A stretch of 64,000 nt of DNA from the NCBI GenBank assembly GCA_976226885.1, contig OZ320314.1:41292001-41356000 (forward strand), written 5' to 3'. The notes under the pieces were generated by a model that was given only the letters and a program-made list of their open reading frames with translations, did no database searches and was not told where the DNA came from. Below are positions 23,899 through 35,834 of this stretch, piece by piece. A program made the translations under genes and the position numbers. The number at the start of each line of letters is the position of its first letter. Positions within the stretch are counted from its first letter, which is position 1. The DNA comes from Iphione sp. A-MEVVRFRX5 (Eukaryota).

Positions 23899-25886
23899 AG
23901 GTGAGTGCCCCTACCTCCTCTCCAGTTGTTTGTGATGTTGTTGTACATGACATTGTGCCCTCGCTTGACTCGGACCCCACTCTGGACTTTACAATCACCC
24001 CTGGCCCCTTCAGGGCCGGCAGAGTGGCTGACAGGGCCCACAGGTGGGAGGCAATCACTGAGAACCAGTACATCAAGAACCTAGCAACAGGAGTTACCTT
24101 GGATCTATCCGGACGACCGGAACAGAGCCACATCCCCTCTGTCCCAGAGTCACACAAGGACTTTGGTATTTTCCGCAAGCTGGTCGACGGCTTGCTGGAA
24201 GAGGGGGTGGTGAAGGAGGCGACGGCGTCGCCCAGGGCTTTCGTGTCCACGATTTTCCTGAGGCCCAAGAAGGATGGCTCTTTTCGGATCATCCTCAACC
24301 TCAAGAACTTTAATTTCTGGGTCCCTCACCAACATTTCAAAATGGAAAACTTGACCTCGTTTCTACCACTAGTGGGCAAGGGCTACTACTTCACCTCGGT
24401 GGACATTGTCCATGCCTATTTCTCAGTCTCGGTCAGGGATCGGGACAGAGACTTCCTCCAGTTCATACTGGGGGAACATAGGTATAGGTTCACCTGCCTA
24501 CCCAACAGACTGGCATCCGCACCGCGGATGTTCACCCAGATGATGCGAGCGGTACTGGGGGACGTACGACAACGCACTGACACCATTGTGTCGGCCTACT
24601 TGGACGACATCATTGTATGCCACAGCGATGCGAAGGTCATGGAACAGGGAACGAAGGTCCTGGTGGAGACACTACAGGACTTAGGGTTCCTGATACATCC
24701 CGACAAGTCAGTGCTCAGGCCAGTACAACGCATCGAACACCTGGGGTTCGTCATCGACTCCGAGTCGCTGATGGTCCGCTTACCGGAGGCAAAGGTGAAG
24801 GAGATAGAGGAAACTTGCAGGGAGTTCCTACACAAGGACCCCATCTCAGTCCGGCAGCTAGCTGCCTTGGCTGGCAAGTTGCAGGCTACCGCCCAAGCCA
24901 TACCCCTAGCCCATCTGTACAGCATGAATATCGTGCTGGACAAAAACCAGGCCCTGCGGGCTGCAAGGGGAGACTTCGAAGGCCCAGCCTCGCTGTCGGA
25001 GCGATCCAAGAGAGACTTGCGATGGTGGCTGCGACATGTGAGCCGAGACGAAAGGGCCATCAAAGACCCGCCCGTACACGTCAAGATCTACACCGACGCA
25101 TCCAAGACGGGCTGGGGAATGTAAGTGGAAAAGACAGGAGAATCCTACGGGGAGGCCTGGTCGACTACCACGGCCCTTAGACACATAAACGAACTGGAGT
25201 TGTGGGCAGTCAAGGCTGCCCTGTGCAGGACCAGACCCCTCTGCACAGGGAGACATGTCCGGATACACACGGACAATACGACGACGCTGCTCACAATCCA
25301 GAACAAGGGCTCTGCCAAGTCCCCGGCCTGCAACAGCTTGGTCAGGGAAATCCTTGTGTTCTGTGAGAAGCATGACATCACCCTGACCATGGCCTTCTGC
25401 CCTGGGGTGGAGAACACGGAGGCAGATGAGGCGAGCCGACAATTCAAGGACTGTGGGGAGTGGGCCCTAAACCCCACTGTGTTTGCCACTCTCCTCGAAC
25501 AAAAAGGGGGGGGGCACCTGAACATTGACATCGACCTATTCGCCTCAAGATTTAACCACAAATGTGCCCGTTATGTGTCGTGGTCTTATGACCCATGTGC
25601 CTATGCTATGGACGCTTTCACCCTGGACTGGTCCGGGATGAACGCACTGATTTTCCCTCCTTTTGCTGTCATCCCTAGGGTGCTGCAGAAGATCCGTCGG
25701 GAGAGGCCGCGGGGGCTGCTCATCATCCCTCATTGGAAGACGCAGCCCTGGTTCAACGCGGCCAGGACGTTGCCCCGACGAGCGGAGCAGAGGATCCGGG
25801 TCGAGAGGGACACCCTGATCCGGGGACACCATGGGTCCCTCGGGTGCGTAGACGGCAAGATGCACCTGTGGATACTGACCCTCTGA
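23778..25886 (+). pseudogene. pol: DIRS ORF2 (pol): reverse transcriptase + RNase H + DNA adenine methyltransferase-like domain; one premature stop
   Basis: RT motifs PKKDGSFRIILNL, DIVHAYF, LPNRL (degenerate G>R), YLDD (24597-24608), HLGF. RNase H TDAS..GWG, HINELEL, TDN, ADEASR. MT-like DLFAS (25533) and IFPPF (25650). ORFs 23901..25124 and 25125..25886 are the same frame, split by TAA 25122-25124. Frame open from 23778; first ATG only at 24342. Confidence 0.95.
23811..23847 (+). promoter_or_regulatory. Candidate -1 programmed ribosomal frameshift signal (A AAA AAC + 8-bp hairpin)
   Basis: Heptamer 23811-23817 is correctly phased in the gag frame; pol is the -1 frame and open here; hairpin GGCAGGTC-aaga-GACCTGCC at 23828-23847. 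Confidence 0.6.
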
Positions 25887-25900
25887 AGTCCAAGCTTTAG

Positions 25901-26848
25901 GGGGTCGGAATACCGGGAACGGTGGCGGACAGGATGATCCAGGGCTGGGCCAAGTCCACGAGGAAGCTATACCTGTCGCTACTGTCGAAGTTCGAGACGT
26001 TCTGCGAGACCAAGAACGTTGACTCCAGTGCCCCTACCCTGGTGCAGGCACTGGAATTTCTGGACAGTTTGGCCCGAGCAGACATGTCCTACTCTTATGT
26101 GAATGCCCCCCGATGTCTCCTCTCCAGCTTTGTCATCCTGGAGGGGAACCTCACTTTGGGATCACACCCCCACGTGATCAGGCTCATGAGAGGGGTGAGA
26201 TGCGGGAAGCCCTTCACACCACGATTCGAGGAGGTCTGGGACGTCGCCCTGGTCCTGCGTAAGCTCGCGACCTGGGGCAAGGCCCACACCCTCAGCCTGG
26301 AGGCCCTCACAAGGAAGACGATCACCCTGTGCCTCTTAGCCTCGGGGCAAAGAGTACAGACACTCCAGGTCACGAAGAGATCAGACGTCCGCTTCGAGGC
26401 TGACGCTTGTCAGATACGAGTGACGGGACGCCTGAAACACTCAAGGGACAACTTCGAAAATCCCACACTAGTCTTCAAGCCATTCGAGGACAGGACCCTG
26501 TGCTTTTATGAACATTTGGCCACGTACATCGCGGCCACAGACGAGTTCAAGCACAAGGGTCAGTTGTTCGTGGGATACTCACACAAGACTCCGGTCACCT
26601 GCACGACCCTCGCCAGATACACAAAAGAGACTCTTAAGGCATGCGGCCTGAACACGGACTGTTTTACGGCCCACAGTACTAGGTCGGCCTCCACTAGCAA
26701 GGGCCTACAGATGGGGCTGCCCCTAGACACAGTCTTGAAGGCAGGGGGCTGGTCAGGCGAATCAACGTTTGCCCGATTCTACAAAAGACCAATCAGCTCA
26801 GACCAGAACTTTAGCAGTACTATACTGGGCAGTGCCCACACGACCTAA
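25901..26848 (+). CDS. DIRS ORF3: tyrosine recombinase (lambda-integrase family)
   Basis: Open frame from 25901 (first ATG 25934) to TAA 26846-26848. Catalytic set intact: R in SGQR (26351), K in LKHSR, HSTR (26672-26683), W in GGWS (26750), Y in RFY (26780). N-terminal W..STRKLY...F..FC typical of DIRS YRs. Confidence 0.93.
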   Translation, partial: GVGIPGTVADRMIQGWAKSTRKLYLSLLSKFETFCETKNVDSSAPTLVQALEFLDSLARADMSYSYVNAPRCLLSSFVILEGNLTLGSHPHVIRLMRGVRCGKPFTPRFEEVWDVALVLRKLATWGKAHTLSLEALTRKTITLCLLASGQRVQTLQVTKRSDVRFEADACQIRVTGRLKHSRDNFENPTLVFKPFEDRTLCFYEHLATYIAATDEFKHKGQLFVGYSHKTPVTCTTLARYTKETLKACGLNTDCFTAHSTRSASTSKGLQMGLPLDTVLKAGGWSGESTFARFYKRPISSDQNFSSTILGSAHTT

Positions 26849-26967
26849 GACGCACCAGTCAGGTGACCAGCTGACTAATGAACTGTAGTCATACTAGTTT
26901 GGTGGTGGATTTTTACTGCTCAACACGCATTGTCCTAGTGTGTTTTTACATCTCATGTGTTTTCAGA

Positions 26968-26973
26968 AATAAA
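26968..26973 (+). terminator. Candidate polyadenylation signal AATAAA in DIRS 3' UTR
   Basis: Hexamer 120 nt after the YR stop and upstream of the ICR; use not demonstrated. Confidence 0.3.
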
Positions 26974-27140
26974 GGCCTACGGCCAAATCTTTTCTCAATT
27001 TGGGCCTTGAGTGCCTTTATTGGGGTAAAAGGACTTTGCTCCCAATCCCCCATCGCCTTCGGGCTCACCTTGGGCCTTGCGGCACTCCTCGGAGAGCTGA
27101 GCAAGAGTCCAGGTGTCGGGATACTAGCGCGGTACACAAA

Positions 27141-27249
27141 TCTTCCCTTGGTATGACGTCACTGACCACGTGATTAATACTCTAATTACACTAGTTTACG
27201 ACGTTTGATTAGAATTAATCTAGTGGGAATAGTGACGTCATACTAAGGG
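27141..27249 (+). repeat. DIRS internal complementary region (ICR)
   Basis: 27141-27178 is the exact reverse complement (38/38) of 20779-20816. 27178-27249 is the reverse complement of 27370-27438 with 2 substitutions and one 3-nt indel. Confidence 0.95.
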
Positions 27250-27343
27250 CCCGCCCTGGGTAACCTCGATTCCACATTGGCGTAGGACTCGGTTCCCTTC
27301 CTCACCCAGATCAGCCAGTATCCCGGCACTAGAATTGGCAAAT

Positions 27344-27438
27344 AATGACTAGAAGCGCGCACGGCTCTTCCCTTAGTATGACGTCACTATTCCCACTAGA
27401 TTAATCCTAATCAAACGTAAACTAGTTTAATTAGAGTA
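27344..27438 (+). repeat. DIRS right ITR (27344-27388) plus 50-nt right extension
   Basis: Inverted match to the left ITR; the extension is complementary to the ICR. Confidence 0.93.
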
Positions 27439-28516
27439 ACAGTTTCTAAAACTCTGTGGAGATTGTTGCTTACACACACATTTTTTACACACAATTTACG
27501 CCATGTTATACTTGTCGTTCTATTAATTTGCAAACTGAACATGACTTTTTATGAATCGTGCGCAGAACCACCGGAATATGACCTCACCCTCATTTCATAA
27601 CTGGCGTTAACTACAACGTACGAGTAAGTAGATTTTAGGGGATGTCTTACAACGTAAAACCGTTTTATTGACTATTGATTCAGTTCCCATTTTGCAGATC
27701 CCGAAAGCCTATATGATAGCCTAATTGCGTGACCAAATCGTTCCACACAATCCAACCTCACTATCTGAAATCCTATCTAGTCAGCTCAGTATTTCTGGAA
27801 CTCAAAGCTCCATTTTGTCAATAACAACAATCATACGCAACTTTCTTCTAAAACGTTCAAACTCACTTAAATGGACACACTCACAAAATCTTTCTCCGTC
27901 ATGTAACAGGGTTTGCAAGGGAGGATAGTCTATGAGGACAAAGAAAAGCAGGTATGTGCTGCAGCAACCCCTTAAAATGTCATAGACTACACCCCCTTTG
28001 AGGTGTCTCGTATTTACAGCAGATGCAGATTATGTATTCAAGTAACCGATATCCAATCTGCATAACTGAAATTCTGAGTAGGCTTCGCTAATAGGCTTCG
28101 AAACTAGTGCACGATGCAAACATGACTTCTCTCTCACGTGCCATGTTGTCAGTTTGCCGTGACATTTACAATTATGTGTGGGACCACCAATTATGTCCTA
28201 CAGTAGACGAAACTTATATATATAATTATATACATTATATATTAATGTAGTAAACAAGCATCCTATTAGCTGCCCCTCTGACGTTTGTATGTAAACAGCT
28301 TTGAGAGCTCACATTCCTTTTATGACGCAGCGGCCTCATCTACGATGGGGGAATTGTACTCTTCAACCTCCCTATTGCAAGACTGCTTTTGCTAGAAAAG
28401 CAGGGTTGCTGCAATACTGGGATATTTGGGTTATATCAGACATATTATTTCGTTAATATGTACTGCCATTCACAATTATTACAGCATGGAAATGCTTAAA
28501 TCCAATAATGCTCTGG

Positions 28517-28675
28517 AAATCATGCAAAAACAAATGCGAGCTGCTCGCCATCCAAAGGACGGTAGATGCCAAGGAAATGAGCAAAACGACCCGGAGCCGC
28601 TCTGACTATGGTCGGTGTTTGAATGATATGACAAATGATGCCCTGGCTAAAGACGGCCAGCAATGGCGCACTTGA
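28517..28675 (+). pseudogene. RTE-clade LINE ORF2 C-terminal remnant
   Basis: Manual translation KNKCELLAIQRTVDAK...LAKDGQQWRT* resembles the RTE C-terminal pattern R...E.LI.G.V.GKR...LA.DR..WR. Confidence 0.45.
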
Positions 28676-31600
28676 GTTATGGTAGCCCTTCCTCAGTCGA
28701 CACCTGCCGTTGGTGTTTGGCAAGACGGTGCGAGGTGAGATACTAATTGTCAGTACACACTACACAAGTAGAAGCGAGCGGGACAAGAGACGACTGGAAA
28801 TTTCACACTTGAGACTGATGGCGTAAGGTGAGGGGTACTACAGCAGGAATACCTCTTGTGGGGTCAGAGGGTGGCGGGTGCTACTGAGCTAGGAGAGCAC
28901 TGTTCTTAACTGGGATTCAGTGTCTAACTGACAATAGGCCTCTGGTGCCTGCTTCAGTGTTAACGTGACGGACATGGAATTTTCCAGAAGATCAGGACCT
29001 ATGCTCAGAAAATGTTATATATAAGAGGCACTCAATGCCGATATGATTTTCATCTCGCACACAATGTTAAATGCTCTTTGCATTAACATGTTGACGTGCA
29101 TATACCAAATGCAAATGCTAAATTATCAAAAGATATAGGTGGACACCAGGAAGGTCATTTGCTAAGTCCTTCCCGTTCGCTTTGGCCGAAAAGCTACATT
29201 GGAAGGGCATAACAGCTATAGTTTATATTCTGTCTAATTCATTACACTTTCAACTAGGACACCGAGTTGCTCTAGTCAATTCAATTATATTCCGCTCCTT
29301 TCGAATCGCTCTGTCTTTTATTTTTTCCCTTACTTTTCACTGGTATAGTAAGTATGTTAGAAGTGTCCTCTTACTTCCTGTTCCCACGTTACTATTGTCC
29401 GAGGACTTGGTCTGGCTGCCATTGGCCAGTGGTCTTGTGATCAGGTGGCTCTGTATGTGAAGAATTCCACTGATCCACTCACTCTGCTCCAACAACTCAG
29501 GCTCAATCCTGAAGGCACAGCCCTTCGCCTCGACCCTGTGAGACAGCAACCTCCCCCCCCCCCCACGCCACCCTTGCCTATGTCCGACTTTCAGCTGGCT
29601 TCATTTTCCACTAGCCCGGGCCTTACTACTGGTCACGCAGGGGGCTAAAAGAGGAACCGGAAATCAAATGGGTGGAAAGCCTAATAGAGGCCGCTACTGC
29701 GCCGGAACAATCAGGTTTGTATCCAATGAGAAGCAAGCTTTCTAACCGACCAGTTTGTTGCAATTTGGCGGTGAGGAGGTGAGATGTAGTTGAGAGAGGG
29801 CAATGGGTTTCTCTAGTAGCGATGAAAGACCGCTCTATTCCAGTTGTTACTGAAATAGTATAAGGCGGTTTCTCAAACCGCCCCTTCTAGTGTGCCGAGA
29901 AAATACTGTGATTTTGATTAATACCAATAAAAGACATTACTAAAACCCTTTTTGACTCACAGGAATCCGGTTTTTGGTAGGAAGAATTGTAGTAACGTAT
30001 AACTTGGCCTCGCCCATGCTGTACCAGAACTTAACTTCTAACCTTTTTCAAGCACAGGAATGATTCGAAGCTTTTCATTTTCAGTTTCGGTGTAAAATTC
30101 CATTTCTTGCCAACAAGGTAGGTCTCAGGCTGTTTTGTCATCCAAGAAATAAACAAAAATTGACACTCTAACAAAATTAACATCTCAAAATATGCTCAAT
30201 AAGTACTTGCTACTCTACACTGTACCTTTTGTCTTGGCATTCTGAAAGCGCTGGCTCAATTTGAGGGCATTTATGCTACAAAGTATCAAGTCCCTATCCG
30301 CCGAATCAGCGATATAATTCATCTGGTGAAAGACATCGTTGTTACTGTAGGCTAAAATAGTAATCTTAATACAGGTAATAAAAAGAGTTGTTACAGCTAC
30401 GTTATCCGTGTAATAAATCTCATTCAAGGCTAAACCATCGTGAAAAGTAGCATTGCTAATCAGAAGGATACTCTCAGGGGAGGTCTGGCAAATCCCTAGA
30501 AATGAAAAGTTTCTATCTCTTCTGTCTATATTGAGGTATGTTTATCATTCCTGGGCCAATCATTAATTGATGTACACAATATGACCTATGGAAAGCAATA
30601 ATTCATACAGAGACTGTTGTAGTAAGATTGGTGATTTTATAGTTATTCATTCTGTTGTACAAAGGATCCCTGCATCTACATGTGCTAGTTATTTCCCGAA
30701 TAAATGCAGCAATTGTCTAACAGAGCCACTGTCATAGATGAATTATTGCTACAAAGGTCCGTATCCAAGGACTATTTTTATAGCAACCACCGACAAGACA
30801 GCTGTAGTATAAATTACCATATGAAATCGCTAACTTGACACAGGCGGGAAGATCCGATTAGGTATGGATTAGATACGGTGACGCAGTGTGGCAGTGAAAT
30901 GTTTTAGTTATGAATGATCTTGGAAAGAGATATACTCTAGATCTAAAGCATGAGCCATACATCTCCACATATGGAGCATTTTTCAAGTGACCCATAGACC
31001 ACACGGGGTTTCGATGTCCATATGCCTAGGACTTTCAATTTTACAGACATATTATACTGTAGCATTTACACGTTTCGCTGCACATCCACTTATAACATGA
31101 ACATGGAGTGACGGACACCGACCAACAGAGATACTAACAGTATAACCTCAGCAATGCGACCACCCTCTATTCCAAGCTAATTTGGTCTGAATAGTGCCTG
31201 GTTGCACTGCTGAAGGGTTTTTATAAAGGGATTATTAATTCGATTCCAGTTAACTTGGCTGTAATAGTGAGATGGTTGGTGATTTCAGGGTGAGGGCTCA
31301 ATGTACTTTAACCCTATCCGCTTTGCCCCTGGCGGCATATGGGAGAACTATTATGGCATAATTTTTACGTTATATGCTAAGGAAGCGGCGTGTTTTGGAG
31401 GAGGCCTCACGTTTGGAAAATACAATAAAATGAGAATTTTTCAAATATAGGCGGCATGACAACTTATTTTAACATAACAGTTGCATTGTATTCGACATTA
31501 TTCACATTATATCAGACTCTTGAAGGATATTCATCAATGCATTTTCATTATTGGGGTGACTTCATGGAATTTTACCTGACAAGGCAAGCGGCATGGCTCG

Positions 31601-31831
31601 GATAGCAATGCATGAAGTATTTGTGAAACTGTCAATTGGATATTTTAAAAAATTGGATTGACGTACATGTTTTAGTTAAAGGACAACACAATGCTGGTCA
31701 AATTATATATTTGTATACATATGGATATGAACTTACTTGGTTATACAAGTGCATACGTACACATACATATATATGCATAAGAGGAAACAAACGCAGGGCC
31801 TTCTTCACTCCTCTCTACTGAAACAAATGTA

Positions 31832-32510
31832 CAGTAGAATCTTACTTTGCGACCATATCAATTACCGACCAAACCGACCATTCCGACCATTTGAGCTTGG
31901 AACCGAAATATTCTCAATACTCTTCCTATTTGTTTCACTATCATTTCCAACCATATTGATTTCCGACCATTTTCAGCCTCCGACCACTACTCCTAGGGTC
32001 GTATTCTTAATATTTTACTATTGATTTCCGACCACTCCATGCTCCATGCTCCGACCACTCCATGGAGGTGTCAGCCGGCGACTTCTCTGATGTCTAGGCG
32101 TCAAGGGCACCTAAGGGCGACCTCTTTGATGTTCCTCACACCTTGGAGAGGGTGGTGGAAGAGGTTGGAGGTGTTAAAGGTGACCTCTCTGATGTTCCTC
32201 ACACCCTGGAGGAGCTGTATCTCACACCTCTTTGAGTCACTTATAGTCATCAAATTCAGCAATTTTGGACTTTTAGTCATCAAATTCAGCACTTTTTTGA
32301 CTTAAAGTAATCAAATGCAGCACTTTTTGGACTTGAAGTCATCAAATTCAGCACTTTTTGGACATTTCAGAGAGTATGCACAATTAAGTAGAGAGAGAGG
32401 GAGAAAGGGATATTGTTTCAAGCCCAGACCCCCTACAAAATTGATTTCCGACCAAACTTGCTATTGCGACCATTTGGGTCGGTACCGACCACTGGTCGGA
32501 AATTTTGTAT
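31832..32510 (+). mobile_element. Tc1/mariner(pogo)-like MITE, copy 1 (right end degenerate)
   Basis: TA|CAGTAGAATC left end; repeated ttccgacca motifs; 4 x 30-31 bp minisatellite at 32245-32363; internal similarity to the adjacent copy. Confidence 0.5.
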
Positions 32511-32710
32511 AGACATGTATTATACATGTGCGAATATCATATTTTGTGTACCTACCACATACTCTAATATTAGACTTGCATATGTCCCTAGAAGTGTGGT
32601 GTGCCGATGTGGGGTTTTTCCTGTCAAACCAGATGTATCGGGGGTGTTTCCACAACTGCATGATGTGCATTTGTGCTGGGTGCATGTAACAAAACGAGCT
32701 ACATAAAATA

Positions 32711-33455
32711 CAGTTGAACCTCTATTTCTGATTGCGTTGATTCCGGACCACATTAATTTGCTAAAGTGACCGTTTTAGCTCGGAACCGAAATTCTGTCTA
32801 TAGTTAATCAATGTGTCAAGACCCAGATTTCTGACCGATTTCACCCTACAACCACACTGTCAATGGTTGTTCCTATTGTATTTTAATGCCTATTTGCTAC
32901 CAGAGGTGTCAGGAGACCATCTCTGCTGTGCATACTTAAGGGCTGAAGAGTGACTGTTTGAAGTCTGAACCTACCGATTCACAGTCTAAACCCAGTGACT
33001 AACAGCCTATACCCGTCATCTAAAGGAATATTCATTGTTTAAGGTGTCACCAGAGGAGTTTGTGACCAGAGGTGTGAGCAAACTGGTCTAAACCCACTGA
33101 TTCACGGTCTAAACCCATCAATTCATGTCTAAACCTGCTGTTTAAAGGGATATTCATTGTCTAAGCTGTGGGCAGATGTGTGAGGGAAGTGTGACTTGTT
33201 CATGCTCATATACACTTTGTCACTTTTAGGATTTTACAAATTCAGCATTTTAGGACCCTTGCTCTTCAAATTCACAACGTTTAGGACTCTTACCCCCATC
33301 AAATGCAACACATTTAGGACCTATATTTACTTTCTAGAAAGAGAGGAAGGAAGGGAGTTTATTTCCAAGCTTGACCAAATTATTTTCAACTTTTCCCACT
33401 ATTCTGACCACTTGAGCTAGGACCAGAGAATTGGTCGGAAATAGGGTTTTTACTG
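32711..33455 (+). mobile_element. Tc1/mariner(pogo)-like MITE, copy 2
   Basis: TA|CAGTTGAACCTCTATT left end and AATAGGGTTTTTACTG|TA right end (reverse complement CAGTAAAAACCCTATT); diverged ~30-bp minisatellite at ~33220-33325 related to that of copy 1. Confidence 0.6.
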
Positions 33456-35834
33456 TACATCAAGAAGATGGAGGGTGTCCCTAGAAGATCCAGTAGCACA
33501 GAAAAACAGTGAATTGTGGCAGTGAAATGCATATATATGTGAACTATGATTACACTAAGGATGTGTAATGCATCATACTTCGAAACATTCATACATACTA
33601 TTCTCCCTTCCCTCTTCAGAGAACCCATGTATGAATGGGAATACCCTGTCAAAGTGCGTACGTAGGAGGGTGAGATGTTCCACACACTATCACCCTCACA
33701 CACGCACATACAACACCGTTGAATACGCCTTTGGAAAACTGGCCTTCGCTCATCAGAGCTGTATACTCTCGGCTGGCAATGTATAAATGATGGCGAACTT
33801 GTATCACATCAATGAAAGGACCATTCATGTTCCATATAACAGAAATGATCATTTTCAAACTTGGGGCAGTGCTGGCATTTCAAACAAAGCTGGATCCAAA
33901 CGTTTAATGTAACAAAGAGTGTGTGTGTTATTTATTCTGGGTGCTATGCTGTATACATGGTTACTCCGGCGCAGTACCCAAATGCCACCACGTGAAGTTA
34001 GTCGTGGGATGTTTCTACCCATAAATATGCAAGAGCTCGATAAAAAGGAGCAAATCAGCAAAAATGGTAGAGTAGGGTGTACATGTACGTGGACTCTTAT
34101 AGGGGGCCCTATCTCACATTCTGAACCCGTTGCAATCTACAGCGTGATCCCATCATCAAGGTATTTAATAATGGAGGCAATGCCACGTTATGCGTCGTGA
34201 CAATGTAGAATTCGTTATAATATGGGTGCCCAAAACTCAACATCTTTCAATAACTTGTATGCAAATGGTCAGTGGAAATTGATTTAGAGAGGAAAAAGTA
34301 TATAGCGCGTCAAGACTGAGCACTTCAGGATGGGCAATAATGTACTTGCTGGTGATTTAATTCTATACATGTGTATATCTCTAATACACCCGCCGTCAGC
34401 TGTTAACATTGACCTGCATCGACCTGCATACATTGTATGGGTGATGTACACGAAAACATGATGTTCCTTCATGCTATTCAGTGAGAATTTCAAGTATGAT
34501 CCGTGTGTGCCCAGGCTGCTGTCGCTGCGGGTTCTCTCCGCACGTGTTGCCTGTGATTAGATTAATGCTGGATTACGTGGCCAGGTGAGCAGGATTAGTG
34601 TAATCCATCTCTCTCTATCTTACGGCCACCGGGCACGTGGCTGTAAAGGTATTATGTAATTACTCACACCCGCTAGAGACCGACCGATCAGCCATCTCCT
34701 GACATGTCTAGAGTGGCGAATGGTGTAAAGCCTTACAAGAACAAGCCACTGACACAATCCCCGAGATGGAAAGCCTACAGGAACACCAACCAACTCCCCC
34801 CGGCCGCCATTACAAAATCAAGACCCCCAGAAAACAATGTTAAGGCGGAGTCCTTGTGTATCAACAGCATGCAAAACTGGGAAACCTTAATGAATAGTCC
34901 ATGATATTAGTACAGATTTACTACAGCTGAAGAAAACCGGTATTAACTGTAAACGTCGATGTAACTTAATCTACAATGTGTCATTTTCCAACTAACATGT
35001 TGTTGCACTGAACTAACGAAGAGTAAAATCCATGAACGTTTACCATATCATAGCCAAAACAATCAGTATTTTTGGAAGCACAAAGTAACAATGTCCCAAT
35101 CCATTTAGTTATTCATGAAGACAGGTTGCATTGTCAGTCTTATAGCCTTGCGACACATAGACTCATAGTATTATGGAAATCACACACCTACATGTACACA
35201 AATTCATACTTACATGCTTGGTTTGAGGCTGGGGCGGGCTACATTTCGAGTGAGGCCTTGCCGTCCCGGGGTGGGCCGGCTGAAAAGGAAAAGAGACGAG
35301 ACAAGGATGAACATCGGTGTGACAATACGAATGAGAAATCAGATGGGAACTGTCGAATACGCATTAAATTCACAGTCGGAAATGATTCACCAGTCAACAA
35401 TGCGCAGGCAGCCGAAATAAGAAAAAGACACGGGCAACAGACGCTCAATGTATTACATAATGTACTGTACTAACGTGAACCACAAGTCGAATCTTTACAT
35501 TACCAGCGCTGGTTGTTGAGCATATAAAGGCCTGTCACAAAATAAGAATTATTGTACAGGAACTCTGACATTAATACTATAAAAAGTGCGGAAGCAAATT
35601 TTACGACCGGCAGGAGTAATCGAATATGTGATGCATTCTGTTTCATGACTGAGTGAGGATGTCGGCGAAGAAAGCTCGTATTGTCTGCTGTGGGTTTTCT
35701 TTTCTGGCAGGAGATCCACTGGATTATCCTGGGCATTTCCATAATATTAAGTACGGAAACATTTTAGCATTTCAAGCGACGTAAGTGAAATAGTCCACAG
35801 TTAATTAAATATATATATGCACATTCATAATTAT

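Larger units (their letters stand above)
20780..27438 (+). mobile_element. Full-length DIRS1-type tyrosine-recombinase retrotransposon (probably inactivated copy)
   Basis: gag-like, RT/RNase H/MT-like and tyrosine recombinase ORFs in DIRS order; 45-bp ITRs; an ICR complementary to both termini; no target-site duplication. Ends defined by the ICR junction (...agagtA|TTAATC...). Confidence 0.96.

Noticed and set aside
22416-25865. Long antisense and alternate-frame ORFs overlapping DIRS genes (e.g. 22735..23574 -, 24617..25180 +)
   Set aside because: Typical shadows of GC-rich coding sequence; no independent motifs.
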